This document shows positions 56,801 through 64,000 of a DNA stretch of 64,000 nt, in pieces (the stretch's first letter is position 1; each line of letters starts with the position of its first letter). Made by a program: the position numbers and the translations under genes. Location of the stretch: assembly GCA_963749915.1 (NCBI GenBank), contig CAVVOP010000020.1, forward strand, positions 64,001-128,000, written 5' to 3'. This stretch comes from an uncultured cyanobacterium (GTDB lineage: Bacteria; Cyanobacteriota; Cyanobacteriia; Cyanobacteriales; Cyanobacteriaceae). Below the pieces are notes generated by a model. It was not told the origin of the DNA. It saw only the letters and a list, made by a program, of their open reading frames with translations, and did no database searches.

Positions 56801-57617
56801 GTTGTCCATAAGTTTCAAAAAATCAAATTATCGAGTTGAACAAGCCAGGGACGGACAGGAAGCATGGCAAAAATTACAATCGGGACTCCCCTGTGACATC
56901 GTTTTTTGTGATATTGAAATGCCGAGAATGAATGGATTGGACTTATTACAACATATGCAAGAAGATCCCAAATTAGCCCATATACCCTTAGCCATTCTTT
57001 CTTCTCGTGGTGCCGAAAAACATAAACGTATTGCCGCCGAATTAGGGGCAGCGGCTTATCTCATTAAACCATATGTAGATTCAGACCTGATTGATTCTAC
57101 CAAGAGAATGTTGGAAGGAGAAGTGTTATTACTCGGTAGCACCAAAAAACCGACAGTAAAAGTTAATAAATCCTCCCTGGCTTCTCAACAACAAAATACT
57201 TCCAATGTCAAGAAAAAATCAAATTCGGCACCGATAGTATTAATTATTGATGACTCAGTAGTTGTTAGGGAAATGTTATCCATGACCTTTAAAAAAGCTG
57301 GTTATCAAATAGAACAGGCCAGAGATGGTCAGGAAGCCTGGGATAAAATAGTAGGAGGCTTACCCTGCGATCTGTTACTGTGTGACATTGAAATGCCTCG
57401 CATGAACGGTTTAGAGTTACTGGCGAAAATGCAACAGGACGAAACTTTCTCCAAATTACCTGTAGCGATGGTAACGTCCCGTGGTGCTGAAAAACACCGT
57501 AAAATTGCCGCCGATTTAGGGGCAAAAGCCTATTTCACTAAACCCTATTTAGAGGAAGAATTGTTGAATGCCGCCAAAAAATTAATCAAGGGTGAAACAA
57601 TTATCGATGAAGAATGA
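53886..57617 (+). CDS. CheA-like hybrid histidine kinase (PilL-C-like) with CheW and two receiver domains
   Basis: LNNLVGE dimer domain, HATPase (DDGAG, GRGVGLD), CheW, two REC domains (VDDS..DIEMPRMNG). Confidence 0.9.
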   Translation: MSMINSEQASKNQKLYKQTLLHLGEMLKILKQGDSNRNRENLKSHCDYLLSQGKKQNLFGWVEVMETAKVAIITTENNYESTTKLIIKEIKKAGEYLVKNEIDSIGVTDELRHLVLSPSRTVSMDVETIHVDLKEEIPKEVIDNQKSTVERDLWEETQLDFNPPIPENSEEDPLNDWEFPPDENEHMPSDGDNTSQDLSDLFDDSELLESMEHDDKAGVMEKNIEMDDLDNLFDDVARSQVIIDDPREELKKISANLDDLEIEEDFASMGTFNTFQILRPAKSKLIPMVFYDEFEQLNTLIQSPFSSQEEDSFLDLESMINNHEMKYYEDNSDLERLINYSQKHSEKVDWQHLFDIIEDIPEAPFAQSKIKTFVPQNQPYIDSELSDLDQLLAEAGNVKRKPQKWSPPANKTLNNNQAKTFEQSMRVPVKQLNNLNNLVGEMVVRRNRLEEDQDKLRQFLDNLLSHVQNLSDVGARMQDMYEKSLMEGALIDGRKKNEAMVKAQFLRAEVRSEATYLGDGNKKTNPDSKQLQIPELDELELDRFTGFHLLSQEIIELIVRVRESTSDIQFLVDETDQLGRNLRQVTTQLQEEINKSRMVSFAQNADRLPLPIRKIARGYEKQVELKIEGREVLIDKMILEHLWDPLLQITKNCITHGIELPHEREEIGKPPTGTITVRAFLQGPQTVISISDDGAGIDVQKIKKKVIQSKLITPDQVKNLKDQDIYDFLFNAGFTTKEKADSHAGRGVGLDIVRTKLNEIRGNVTVDSTLGQGTTFTIRLPLTLSIGKALCCINHNARIAFPIDGIEDAKDYSASEIKINSQGQKCILWKNTLLPFRPLTTLMNYNRQVTRGIMYTNNQNEETIPIVILRGGSNLLAIQVDKVLGQEEIVIKQISGPFPKPKGIAGATVRSDGIVMAIGDVIELIEIAQGNLSTKVDVDMPQQFHSDLTIYDPVKTQPLVLIVDDSITVREMLSISFKKSNYRVEQARDGQEAWQKLQSGLPCDIVFCDIEMPRMNGLDLLQHMQEDPKLAHIPLAILSSRGAEKHKRIAAELGAAAYLIKPYVDSDLIDSTKRMLEGEVLLLGSTKKPTVKVNKSSLASQQQNTSNVKKKSNSAPIVLIIDDSVVVREMLSMTFKKAGYQIEQARDGQEAWDKIVGGLPCDLLLCDIEMPRMNGLELLAKMQQDETFSKLPVAMVTSRGAEKHRKIAADLGAKAYFTKPYLEEELLNAAKKLIKGETIIDEE

Positions 57618-57686
57618 ATAAAGGCAGAAAGCAGTCGAAGGTAATGAATTCCTGAAAATTTTAATTTTTAATTCTCAGAACCCATA

Positions 57687-58469
57687 TTATTTAATCGGTC
57701 CTTCAACACTGGCACTAAAAAATTGTCTAATTAAAGGATTGTCGGTAGTGTCAATTTCGTTAACATGACCATCCCATTGAAAATTGCCATTGTAAAGGAA
57801 TACTAATCGATTGCCCGTCCTGCGAATAGTACTATTTTGATGAGTTACTATCACGTAAGTACTACACGAGTCATCTACACTATGTAAATGGCGGACTAAA
57901 TCCTCTACCACCGTTGAGGCAATGGGATCTAATCCAGCAGTGGGTTCATCATACAAGACCACTTCGGGTCGTTCATGGGGTTTCTCAGGATTAAAAACTA
58001 TAGCCCTAGCAAAACTGACTCTTTTGCGCATCCCCCCTGATAATTCTGCGGGATAAAGATCCGCAGTTTCTGGGGGTAAACCCACCATTTCTAGGGTATG
58101 ACCGACAACTTGCCTGATTTTATCGCCAGAGAGTTCAGAATGTTGATATAAAGAAAAACCAATATTTTCCCTTACCGTTAAAGAGTCAAATAAGGCAGCC
58201 TGTTGAAACACCATACTGATGCCTAAAAAATCTTGATGATCTTCAATGAGTCCAACTCTTTTTTCCCCTTTGATGTAGATATCTCCTTCATCTGGTTCTG
58301 TTAAACCTGCTATTATTCTCAAAATAGTGGATTTACCGGTACCACTAGGACCAATAATTACTAAAGCGTCACCTTTGTAAATTTTTAAGTCTGCCTTATC
58401 TAAAATCACTTTATTACCGAAGGATTTAGATACACCCTTTAATTCTATTATCGGTTCTGGAATATTCAT
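57687..58469 (-). CDS. ABC ATP-binding protein, MlaF/TGD3-like
   Basis: GPSGTGKST, FQQAALFDSL, LSGGMRKRV, YDEPTAGLDP. Confidence 0.9.
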   Translation of the reverse strand: MNIPEPIIELKGVSKSFGNKVILDKADLKIYKGDALVIIGPSGTGKSTILRIIAGLTEPDEGDIYIKGEKRVGLIEDHQDFLGISMVFQQAALFDSLTVRENIGFSLYQHSELSGDKIRQVVGHTLEMVGLPPETADLYPAELSGGMRKRVSFARAIVFNPEKPHERPEVVLYDEPTAGLDPIASTVVEDLVRHLHSVDDSCSTYVIVTHQNSTIRRTGNRLVFLYNGNFQWDGHVNEIDTTDNPLIRQFFSASVEGPIK

Positions 58470-58634
58470 CAGATCATTTTTACTCAGGGAAAGAGCCTTT
58501 AATAGACTTAATCGAAAATAAATTTAGATACTATATATAGCAATCCTAAATGATTCGTAATAAATCGATTATTAGAAAAAAATATCGCAGATACCATCAC
58601 TATTAATAATATGTTTTTTTATAACCAATAAGGT

Positions 58635-59126
58635 CTAATTATTGCAATTTTCTTCTATTTCACTATAAATTTTTTTCCACACTTTAAGTTGTTTTTCATT
58701 TTTAGAGTCAATGGATTTTACTTGGTTATTATCAGCATAAAAAATTTCGTTAGTTTTAGCTGTTATTCCCGCCTTTGAACATTCTCTGATTTCTTTAAAT
58801 GCCATCGGTTCATCGGGGTCGTTTTCTGTAACTTTATTAATTTCTTTTTCTTGTTTCTTTTCGGCAACTTCTGGAGTAGATTCTTTCTCGGATTTCGATT
58901 CTAATCTTTTTACCACTGATGATGTTTCTGTTTTATTCCCTGTTCGTAATTCTGTGCTGTCATTTTCTGCCGATGCACTTTTTTCTTTGTCATAATCAGA
59001 GTTCACCTCTGCATTTATTTTCAGATTTAAACCTTCCAAGGTTTGACGATCGCACCCTACCGTTAAGGTACTAATGATTAATAACATCGAAACAATGATC
59101 TTCATGGATTTTATGCTCACAACCAT
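58635..59126 (-). CDS. Hypothetical lipoprotein
   Basis: Hydrophobic signal with TVGC lipobox-like motif, then a charged low-complexity region. Confidence 0.65.
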   Translation of the reverse strand: MVVSIKSMKIIVSMLLIISTLTVGCDRQTLEGLNLKINAEVNSDYDKEKSASAENDSTELRTGNKTETSSVVKRLESKSEKESTPEVAEKKQEKEINKVTENDPDEPMAFKEIRECSKAGITAKTNEIFYADNNQVKSIDSKNEKQLKVWKKIYSEIEENCNN

Positions 59127-59165
59127 TTAATTTATTAGTCTAAATATTATATAACATATTTATAT

Positions 59166-59318
59166 TAGACCTCTTGCAAAAGTTAAAAAATCTGGCCGTC
59201 AGAGGAGTCGGGAGTTAGGAGTCAGTCGTCAGAAAGGCTTGGATAATCCAAAATCCAAAATCCAAAATCCAAAATCCAAAATTACTTAACCAAGAAATCT
59301 ATTTTTGCAAGAGGTCTA
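59166..59318. mobile_element. MITE, about 153 bp, with 16-bp perfect TIRs and terminal TA (IS630-like)
   Basis: TAGACCTCTTGCAAAA ... TTTTGCAAGAGGTCTA; interior (AATCCAA)x5 and AGGAGTC-like heptamers. Confidence 0.85.
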
Positions 59319-59474
59319 TTGATTCCCCTTAATGTTCATTAATTTTTTCTATTTTTTCTCGAAAATTACATGAAAATAAAAGAGTAGATTAAAAGAATAA
59401 CGGTACCTATAAACAAAATATGATTCATCCAATCATCAAAAGTCCAATTTTTAAACATTGATTTTACTCCTGAT

Positions 59475-62400
59475 TTATTCATTTTGGGTAGATGTTTTTA
59501 GACTAGCAAGAGTCTCCTCTTCCACAATTTGGTCTTTTCGTGGTTCTGACTTACCAGATTTACTGCTCCCTTTAGGGGGTTTTCCTCCTTCAAGAAAATA
59601 CTGTTCAAAGCTCTTAATCACAATATAAAGGTTGGGGACAAACAGCAAACTCAAAACAGTAGAGATGAGCAGTCCACCGAAAACGGCAGTTCCCAAAGAC
59701 CAACGACCAAGTGCACCAGCACCCGAGGCAACCACCAAAGGGAGGAACCCGAACAGGGAAGAAAAGGTCGTCATGAGAATCGGGCGCAAACGCTCTTCCC
59801 CAGCTCTAATAGCTGATTGAGTGATACTCAAACCCAAAGCCCGAGACTGATTCGCAAATTCTACAATCAGAATGGCGTTCTTACTTGCCATGCCAATGAG
59901 CATGACTAAACCTACCTGAACATAAATATTATTATTGAGAATTGGCCAAATCCCTGCCCCTGGATTGAAAGGCAAACCTTGCCACACAGAGCGGAGCCAA
60001 ATTCCGGCTAAAGCACCCAAAATAGCGAGAGGTACGGTGAGCATAATAATGGTGGGGTCAATGTAGCTTTCGTACTGAGCGGCTAAGACTAAGAACACCA
60101 TTACAAAGCCCAGACCAAAGATGATAGGTGCAGCTCCCCCAGCAGATTTTTCCTCTGCTGCGGTGTTTGTCCAGTCATAGCCAAAGCCTGGTTGGAGAGT
60201 TTGTGCTGCTACTTCCTCCATGGCGGCAATTACCTGTCCCGAACTATAACCTGGGGCAGGACCAACATTTATTTTAATTGAGGGAAAAACATTATAGTTA
60301 GTTACAATGGGAGGATAGGAAATAGGTTCCGCGGCCACGAGGTTACTGAGTTGAACCAATGCTCCATCCCGAGAACGGACGTAGAGTTTCGTGATATCTG
60401 TGGGGTTTGCCCGGGAAGTTTTTTCTGCCTGAGCATAAACCCGATACAGGCGACCATCGAGCACGAACTGGTTGACATAGTTGGAACCTAGATAGGTCTG
60501 TAAAGTGGTCATAATTTCGTTAATGTCAACATTCTGTGCCTTGGCTTTATCCCGATCAATATCGGCCTCTAGCATTGGGCTATCGAAGGTAAAAGTACTA
60601 AAGGCAGCAGCGATTTCTGGACGCTTATTGGCGGCTTGGAGCATCCGTTGGGTATTATCGATCAATGCCTCCATGCCTTTTAACTGGCGGTCTTGAATAA
60701 AGATCTCCGAACCACTAAAATTACTCAAACCATCCACAGCAGGGGCATTAACTGCCAGCACTTTGGCTCCATCAATTTTTTCCTGAAATACCTTGTTTAA
60801 CCGATTCATGACACCATAAACAGAATGTTGCGCACCAGGTCGCTCATCCCAAGGTTTTAATTTGATGAAAACAATTGCTTTATTACTGTTCTGACCATCA
60901 AAAGAAAAACCATTTAATACCAAGGCATGTTCGACTTCCTCGAACTTCATCACTTCTGGCAGAACCTGTTGGCTAATTTTGTTAGTGTAGTTGAGAGAAA
61001 CTCCAGCAGGTGCTTCTACAATGCCAAAAAAGTAGCCTTGGTCTTCGTCGGGAATAAATCCTTGAGGTACGATCTGGTACATCCAGCCCGTTGCTACCAA
61101 ACCAGCAATAAATACGGCAACCACAATAAGTTTGAAATGAGTAAGTAATTCCAGCAACCGTCGATATTGTACCGTAACCCAAGCAAAGCCACGGTTGAAT
61201 AGGTTGAAAAACATACCCAGAGGACCTTTGACTTCTTCCTGGGGTTTCATTAAGATCGCTGACATGGTTGGCGAGAAGGAGAGAGCGTTAAAGGTAGAAA
61301 ATGCCACCGCCGCAGCCATAATCAGGGCAAATTGTTTATAAACAACCCCTGTAGTACCAGGGAAGAAGGAGACGGGAACAAAAACTGCAATTAATACTAA
61401 AGAAGTAGCTACCACCGCTCCAGATAATTCCTCCATGGAATCGAGGGCTGCTTGCATTGGCCTCATGCCTTGGGATAACTTAGTTGATACCCCTTCTACT
61501 ACCACAATCCCATCATCTACTACCAGCCCCGTTGCTAGAATTAAGGAGAACAAGCTCATATTGTTGAGAGTGAAGCCCAACGCTAAGGCAGCAATCAATG
61601 CCCCCAGCATGGCTACCGGAATAGCGATCGCGGGAATTAGCGTAGTACGCCAGTCTTGCAAAAAGACGAAGATGACCAGCACTACCAGTGCGATCGCTTG
61701 TATTAGGGTAACAGTCAAATCTGCCAGGGAGGCATTGACAAACAAGGTATTGTCTAAAACCACTGTCTGTTTTAAACCGGGAGGAAAAGATGGCTCTAGC
61801 TCTGCTATTTTAGCTTTGACAGCATTAGCTGTGTCCAGTGCATTAGTGCCAGGAAGTTGATAGATTAACAGAGTTACACCAGGAAGATTGTTGTCAACAT
61901 AGGAGCTAGTATTGTAATTTTCTACCCCCAATTCTGCTCTACCAATATCTCTAACTCTGATCAGGTCGCCATTTTCACCTACTTTCACTACCAGATTTTC
62001 TGCTTCTTCGGCAGTTACGAAGCGACCTTGGACTTTGAGGGGAAACTCAAAAGTTTGCTCAGAGAGAGCAGGTTCTTTGCCCACAGCTCCAGTTCCAACA
62101 TCAAAATTCTGCTCACTAATGGTGTTAACTACGTCCGATGCGGTCAAGCCTCTGGCAGCGAGCTTATCGGGATCGACCCAAATCCGCATCGCATACTTAG
62201 CACTTCCAAAAAGGCTTAGACTACCAACCCCTTTAATCCGTCTGAGATCATTCCAAACATAGCGGTCAATGTAGTTGTTGATAAAAATAGTATCATAGGG
62301 GTAGTTACCGTTGGCATCCTTTTCTGCATAGAAAGCATAGGCTAAGGTAACACTAGGGGATTGTTTCTGGGTTTTCAAGCCTGTAGCAAGCACTGCTTGA

Positions 62401-62768
62401 GGAAGTTCGGCTTGGGCTTGGGCGACCCGGTTTTGCACCAGGACCTGAGCCATGTTGCTATCATTTTCTACGGGAAAGCTGACGTTAATAGTCGCGTTAC
62501 CAGTGTTGTCGGTGTAAGAACTAATCCATTTCGCATCCTCCACCCCGTTGATTTCCCTCTCTAACACGGTGGTTACGTTGTCAATGGTAGTTTTGGCATC
62601 AGCACCAACGTAGTTGGCTGTTACAGCCACCTGCTTGGGGGCAATCTGTGGTAATTTATCCAAGGGAAGCAGTGCCATGGCAATCGTTCCCACCAGAATA
62701 ATGAGAACAGTACAGACCGTAGTTAAAACTGGTCTTTTAATAAAGGGAGTAGCAATGGAAAATAACAT
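59475..62768 (-). CDS. RND efflux permease (HAE1 family)
   Basis: FIKRPV, AMRIW, GLVVDDGIVVVE, KNAILIVEFA, RLRPILMT. Confidence 0.96.
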   Translation of the reverse strand: MLFSIATPFIKRPVLTTVCTVLIILVGTIAMALLPLDKLPQIAPKQVAVTANYVGADAKTTIDNVTTVLEREINGVEDAKWISSYTDNTGNATINVSFPVENDSNMAQVLVQNRVAQAQAELPQAVLATGLKTQKQSPSVTLAYAFYAEKDANGNYPYDTIFINNYIDRYVWNDLRRIKGVGSLSLFGSAKYAMRIWVDPDKLAARGLTASDVVNTISEQNFDVGTGAVGKEPALSEQTFEFPLKVQGRFVTAEEAENLVVKVGENGDLIRVRDIGRAELGVENYNTSSYVDNNLPGVTLLIYQLPGTNALDTANAVKAKIAELEPSFPPGLKQTVVLDNTLFVNASLADLTVTLIQAIALVVLVIFVFLQDWRTTLIPAIAIPVAMLGALIAALALGFTLNNMSLFSLILATGLVVDDGIVVVEGVSTKLSQGMRPMQAALDSMEELSGAVVATSLVLIAVFVPVSFFPGTTGVVYKQFALIMAAAVAFSTFNALSFSPTMSAILMKPQEEVKGPLGMFFNLFNRGFAWVTVQYRRLLELLTHFKLIVVAVFIAGLVATGWMYQIVPQGFIPDEDQGYFFGIVEAPAGVSLNYTNKISQQVLPEVMKFEEVEHALVLNGFSFDGQNSNKAIVFIKLKPWDERPGAQHSVYGVMNRLNKVFQEKIDGAKVLAVNAPAVDGLSNFSGSEIFIQDRQLKGMEALIDNTQRMLQAANKRPEIAAAFSTFTFDSPMLEADIDRDKAKAQNVDINEIMTTLQTYLGSNYVNQFVLDGRLYRVYAQAEKTSRANPTDITKLYVRSRDGALVQLSNLVAAEPISYPPIVTNYNVFPSIKINVGPAPGYSSGQVIAAMEEVAAQTLQPGFGYDWTNTAAEEKSAGGAAPIIFGLGFVMVFLVLAAQYESYIDPTIIMLTVPLAILGALAGIWLRSVWQGLPFNPGAGIWPILNNNIYVQVGLVMLIGMASKNAILIVEFANQSRALGLSITQSAIRAGEERLRPILMTTFSSLFGFLPLVVASGAGALGRWSLGTAVFGGLLISTVLSLLFVPNLYIVIKSFEQYFLEGGKPPKGSSKSGKSEPRKDQIVEEETLASLKTSTQNE

Positions 62769-62780
62769 AGAATATATTTT

Positions 62781-63998
62781 TTATTTGCTGATAGTTTGTT
62801 CACTTTTAATCGATTCTTCGGTAATCGAAGTTCCATCTTTTAAGTCAAGAATTCTGGTTACAGCTATTTTGTCCCCTTGTTCTAGACCAGAAATAACTTG
62901 ATAACTTTGACCTTGGATAGTTCCTAACTCTATCGGGGTTTGTTTAGCTAATAATTCTTTCTTTCCTTCTGGAGTTTCTTCTTGTTTAGCCACAAAGACA
63001 AATTTTTGTCCTCCCACGGTAGAAACAGCGGTAGTAGGTACTAGCAAACCTGGTCTTGTCTCCCAAATAACTCTCACACGGACATACTGTCTATCTCTAA
63101 GACTATCGTCATTGGGAAAAGTGATTTTGGTCACGATAGATTGGGTATTTGGGTTAACTAAAGGAGCAATATAGCTAACAGCACCTCTAATGCCAGGGCT
63201 ACCATCTTCAGTAACTATCTCAACTGGCAATCCTAGTTTAAGGCGAGATCTTTCTTCGGTGGGAATATTAATATTAAGATTAAAGACCTGATTATTGGTA
63301 ATCGTGGTTATTACTTCACCAAGATTAATCACATCTCCTACTTTTCTTTCATTAAAATCACCTACTGTTCCAGTGATGGGAGCGTTAATGGTATTAAAGG
63401 CAAGATTCTGACTAATGGAACCTAATTGTGCTTCTGCTCTGGATATAGAAGCTTTTTGACTCTCAACATTAGCTTGGGCTTGTTCAATTCGCTTTTCCGC
63501 TGCTTGGAGAGATTTGATACTGGCATTAAGAGCTTCTTTTCTGGCGTCAAGACGAGCAATTTGGGTATCAAGGTCGCGGGTTTTGTCATCTAAGTCTTGT
63601 TGGGGTAAGGCACCACCTTCCACAAGAAATTTAGACCGCTCGATGTTGATTTTAGCAAGTTTTAATTGAGCTTCTTGATCTTGGATATCGGCCTTGGTTC
63701 TTTCAACCTCTGCGGCACTTCTAGCCTGATCTGCCTCTGCTTCTTTCAGTTGAGCTTGAACTTGACCTAGTCCAGCTCTTTCTACATTGACATTTTCTGT
63801 GGCGGCATTGACATCTTCTTGTTCTTGAGTTGGTTCTAATTCAACAATAGGATCCCCTTGGACAACGCGATCGCCTTCCTGAACAAAAATCCTGAGAATA
63901 CGTCCCTGAATTCTTGGTGCTAAATTAACTCTTTGTTTAGCTTCAAGGGTCCCAACGTATTGACTACTATCAATGAGAGTAGTCCTTTCTAATGCTTG
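62781..63998 (-). CDS. RND efflux periplasmic adaptor (MFP), 5'-partial
   Basis: Frame is open to the window edge (QALERTTLIDSSQYVGTLEA..FVQEGDRV); INAPITG, VPTTAV. Confidence 0.93.
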   Translation of the reverse strand, partial: QALERTTLIDSSQYVGTLEAKQRVNLAPRIQGRILRIFVQEGDRVVQGDPIVELEPTQEQEDVNAATENVNVERAGLGQVQAQLKEAEADQARSAAEVERTKADIQDQEAQLKLAKINIERSKFLVEGGALPQQDLDDKTRDLDTQIARLDARKEALNASIKSLQAAEKRIEQAQANVESQKASISRAEAQLGSISQNLAFNTINAPITGTVGDFNERKVGDVINLGEVITTITNNQVFNLNINIPTEERSRLKLGLPVEIVTEDGSPGIRGAVSYIAPLVNPNTQSIVTKITFPNDDSLRDRQYVRVRVIWETRPGLLVPTTAVSTVGGQKFVFVAKQEETPEGKKELLAKQTPIELGTIQGQSYQVISGLEQGDKIAVTRILDLKDGTSITEESIKSEQTISK

Positions 63999-64000
63999 TA

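Overview
AT-rich chromosomal window from a unicellular cyanobacterium. The evidence is apcE, glnB with an NtcA box, at least 13 HIP1 GCGATCGC sites and a cyanobacterial rrn operon; a Cyanobacterium/Geminocystis-like organism is my inference. Most of the window is core housekeeping: recQ, panC-cmk, ftsW, nrdB, rfbB, glnB, nth, apcE, pabAB, rsmG, a full 16S-tRNAIle-tRNAAla-23S-5S operon, ispD, an orphan CheA-like kinase and two RND efflux pairs. The one clearly accessory zone is about 29.95-34.8 kb, between apcE and a truncated slr0148/0149/0151-like cluster. It holds a MITE, a candidate Tn7-like end, IS1634 and IS66 remnants, an IS982 element, a beheaded gene and a foreign-looking nagZ. Other notable items are an orphan IS200/IS605 (TnpB omegaRNA-type) right end upstream of ftsW, an antiporter with an in-frame deletion, and a GT-C/GT2/DedA/flavoprotein run that may be a lipid-carrier glycosylation module. 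I found no CRISPR array and no clearly new multi-gene system; the top findings are hypotheses. All calls come from reading the sequence and recalled family knowledge; no searches were run.
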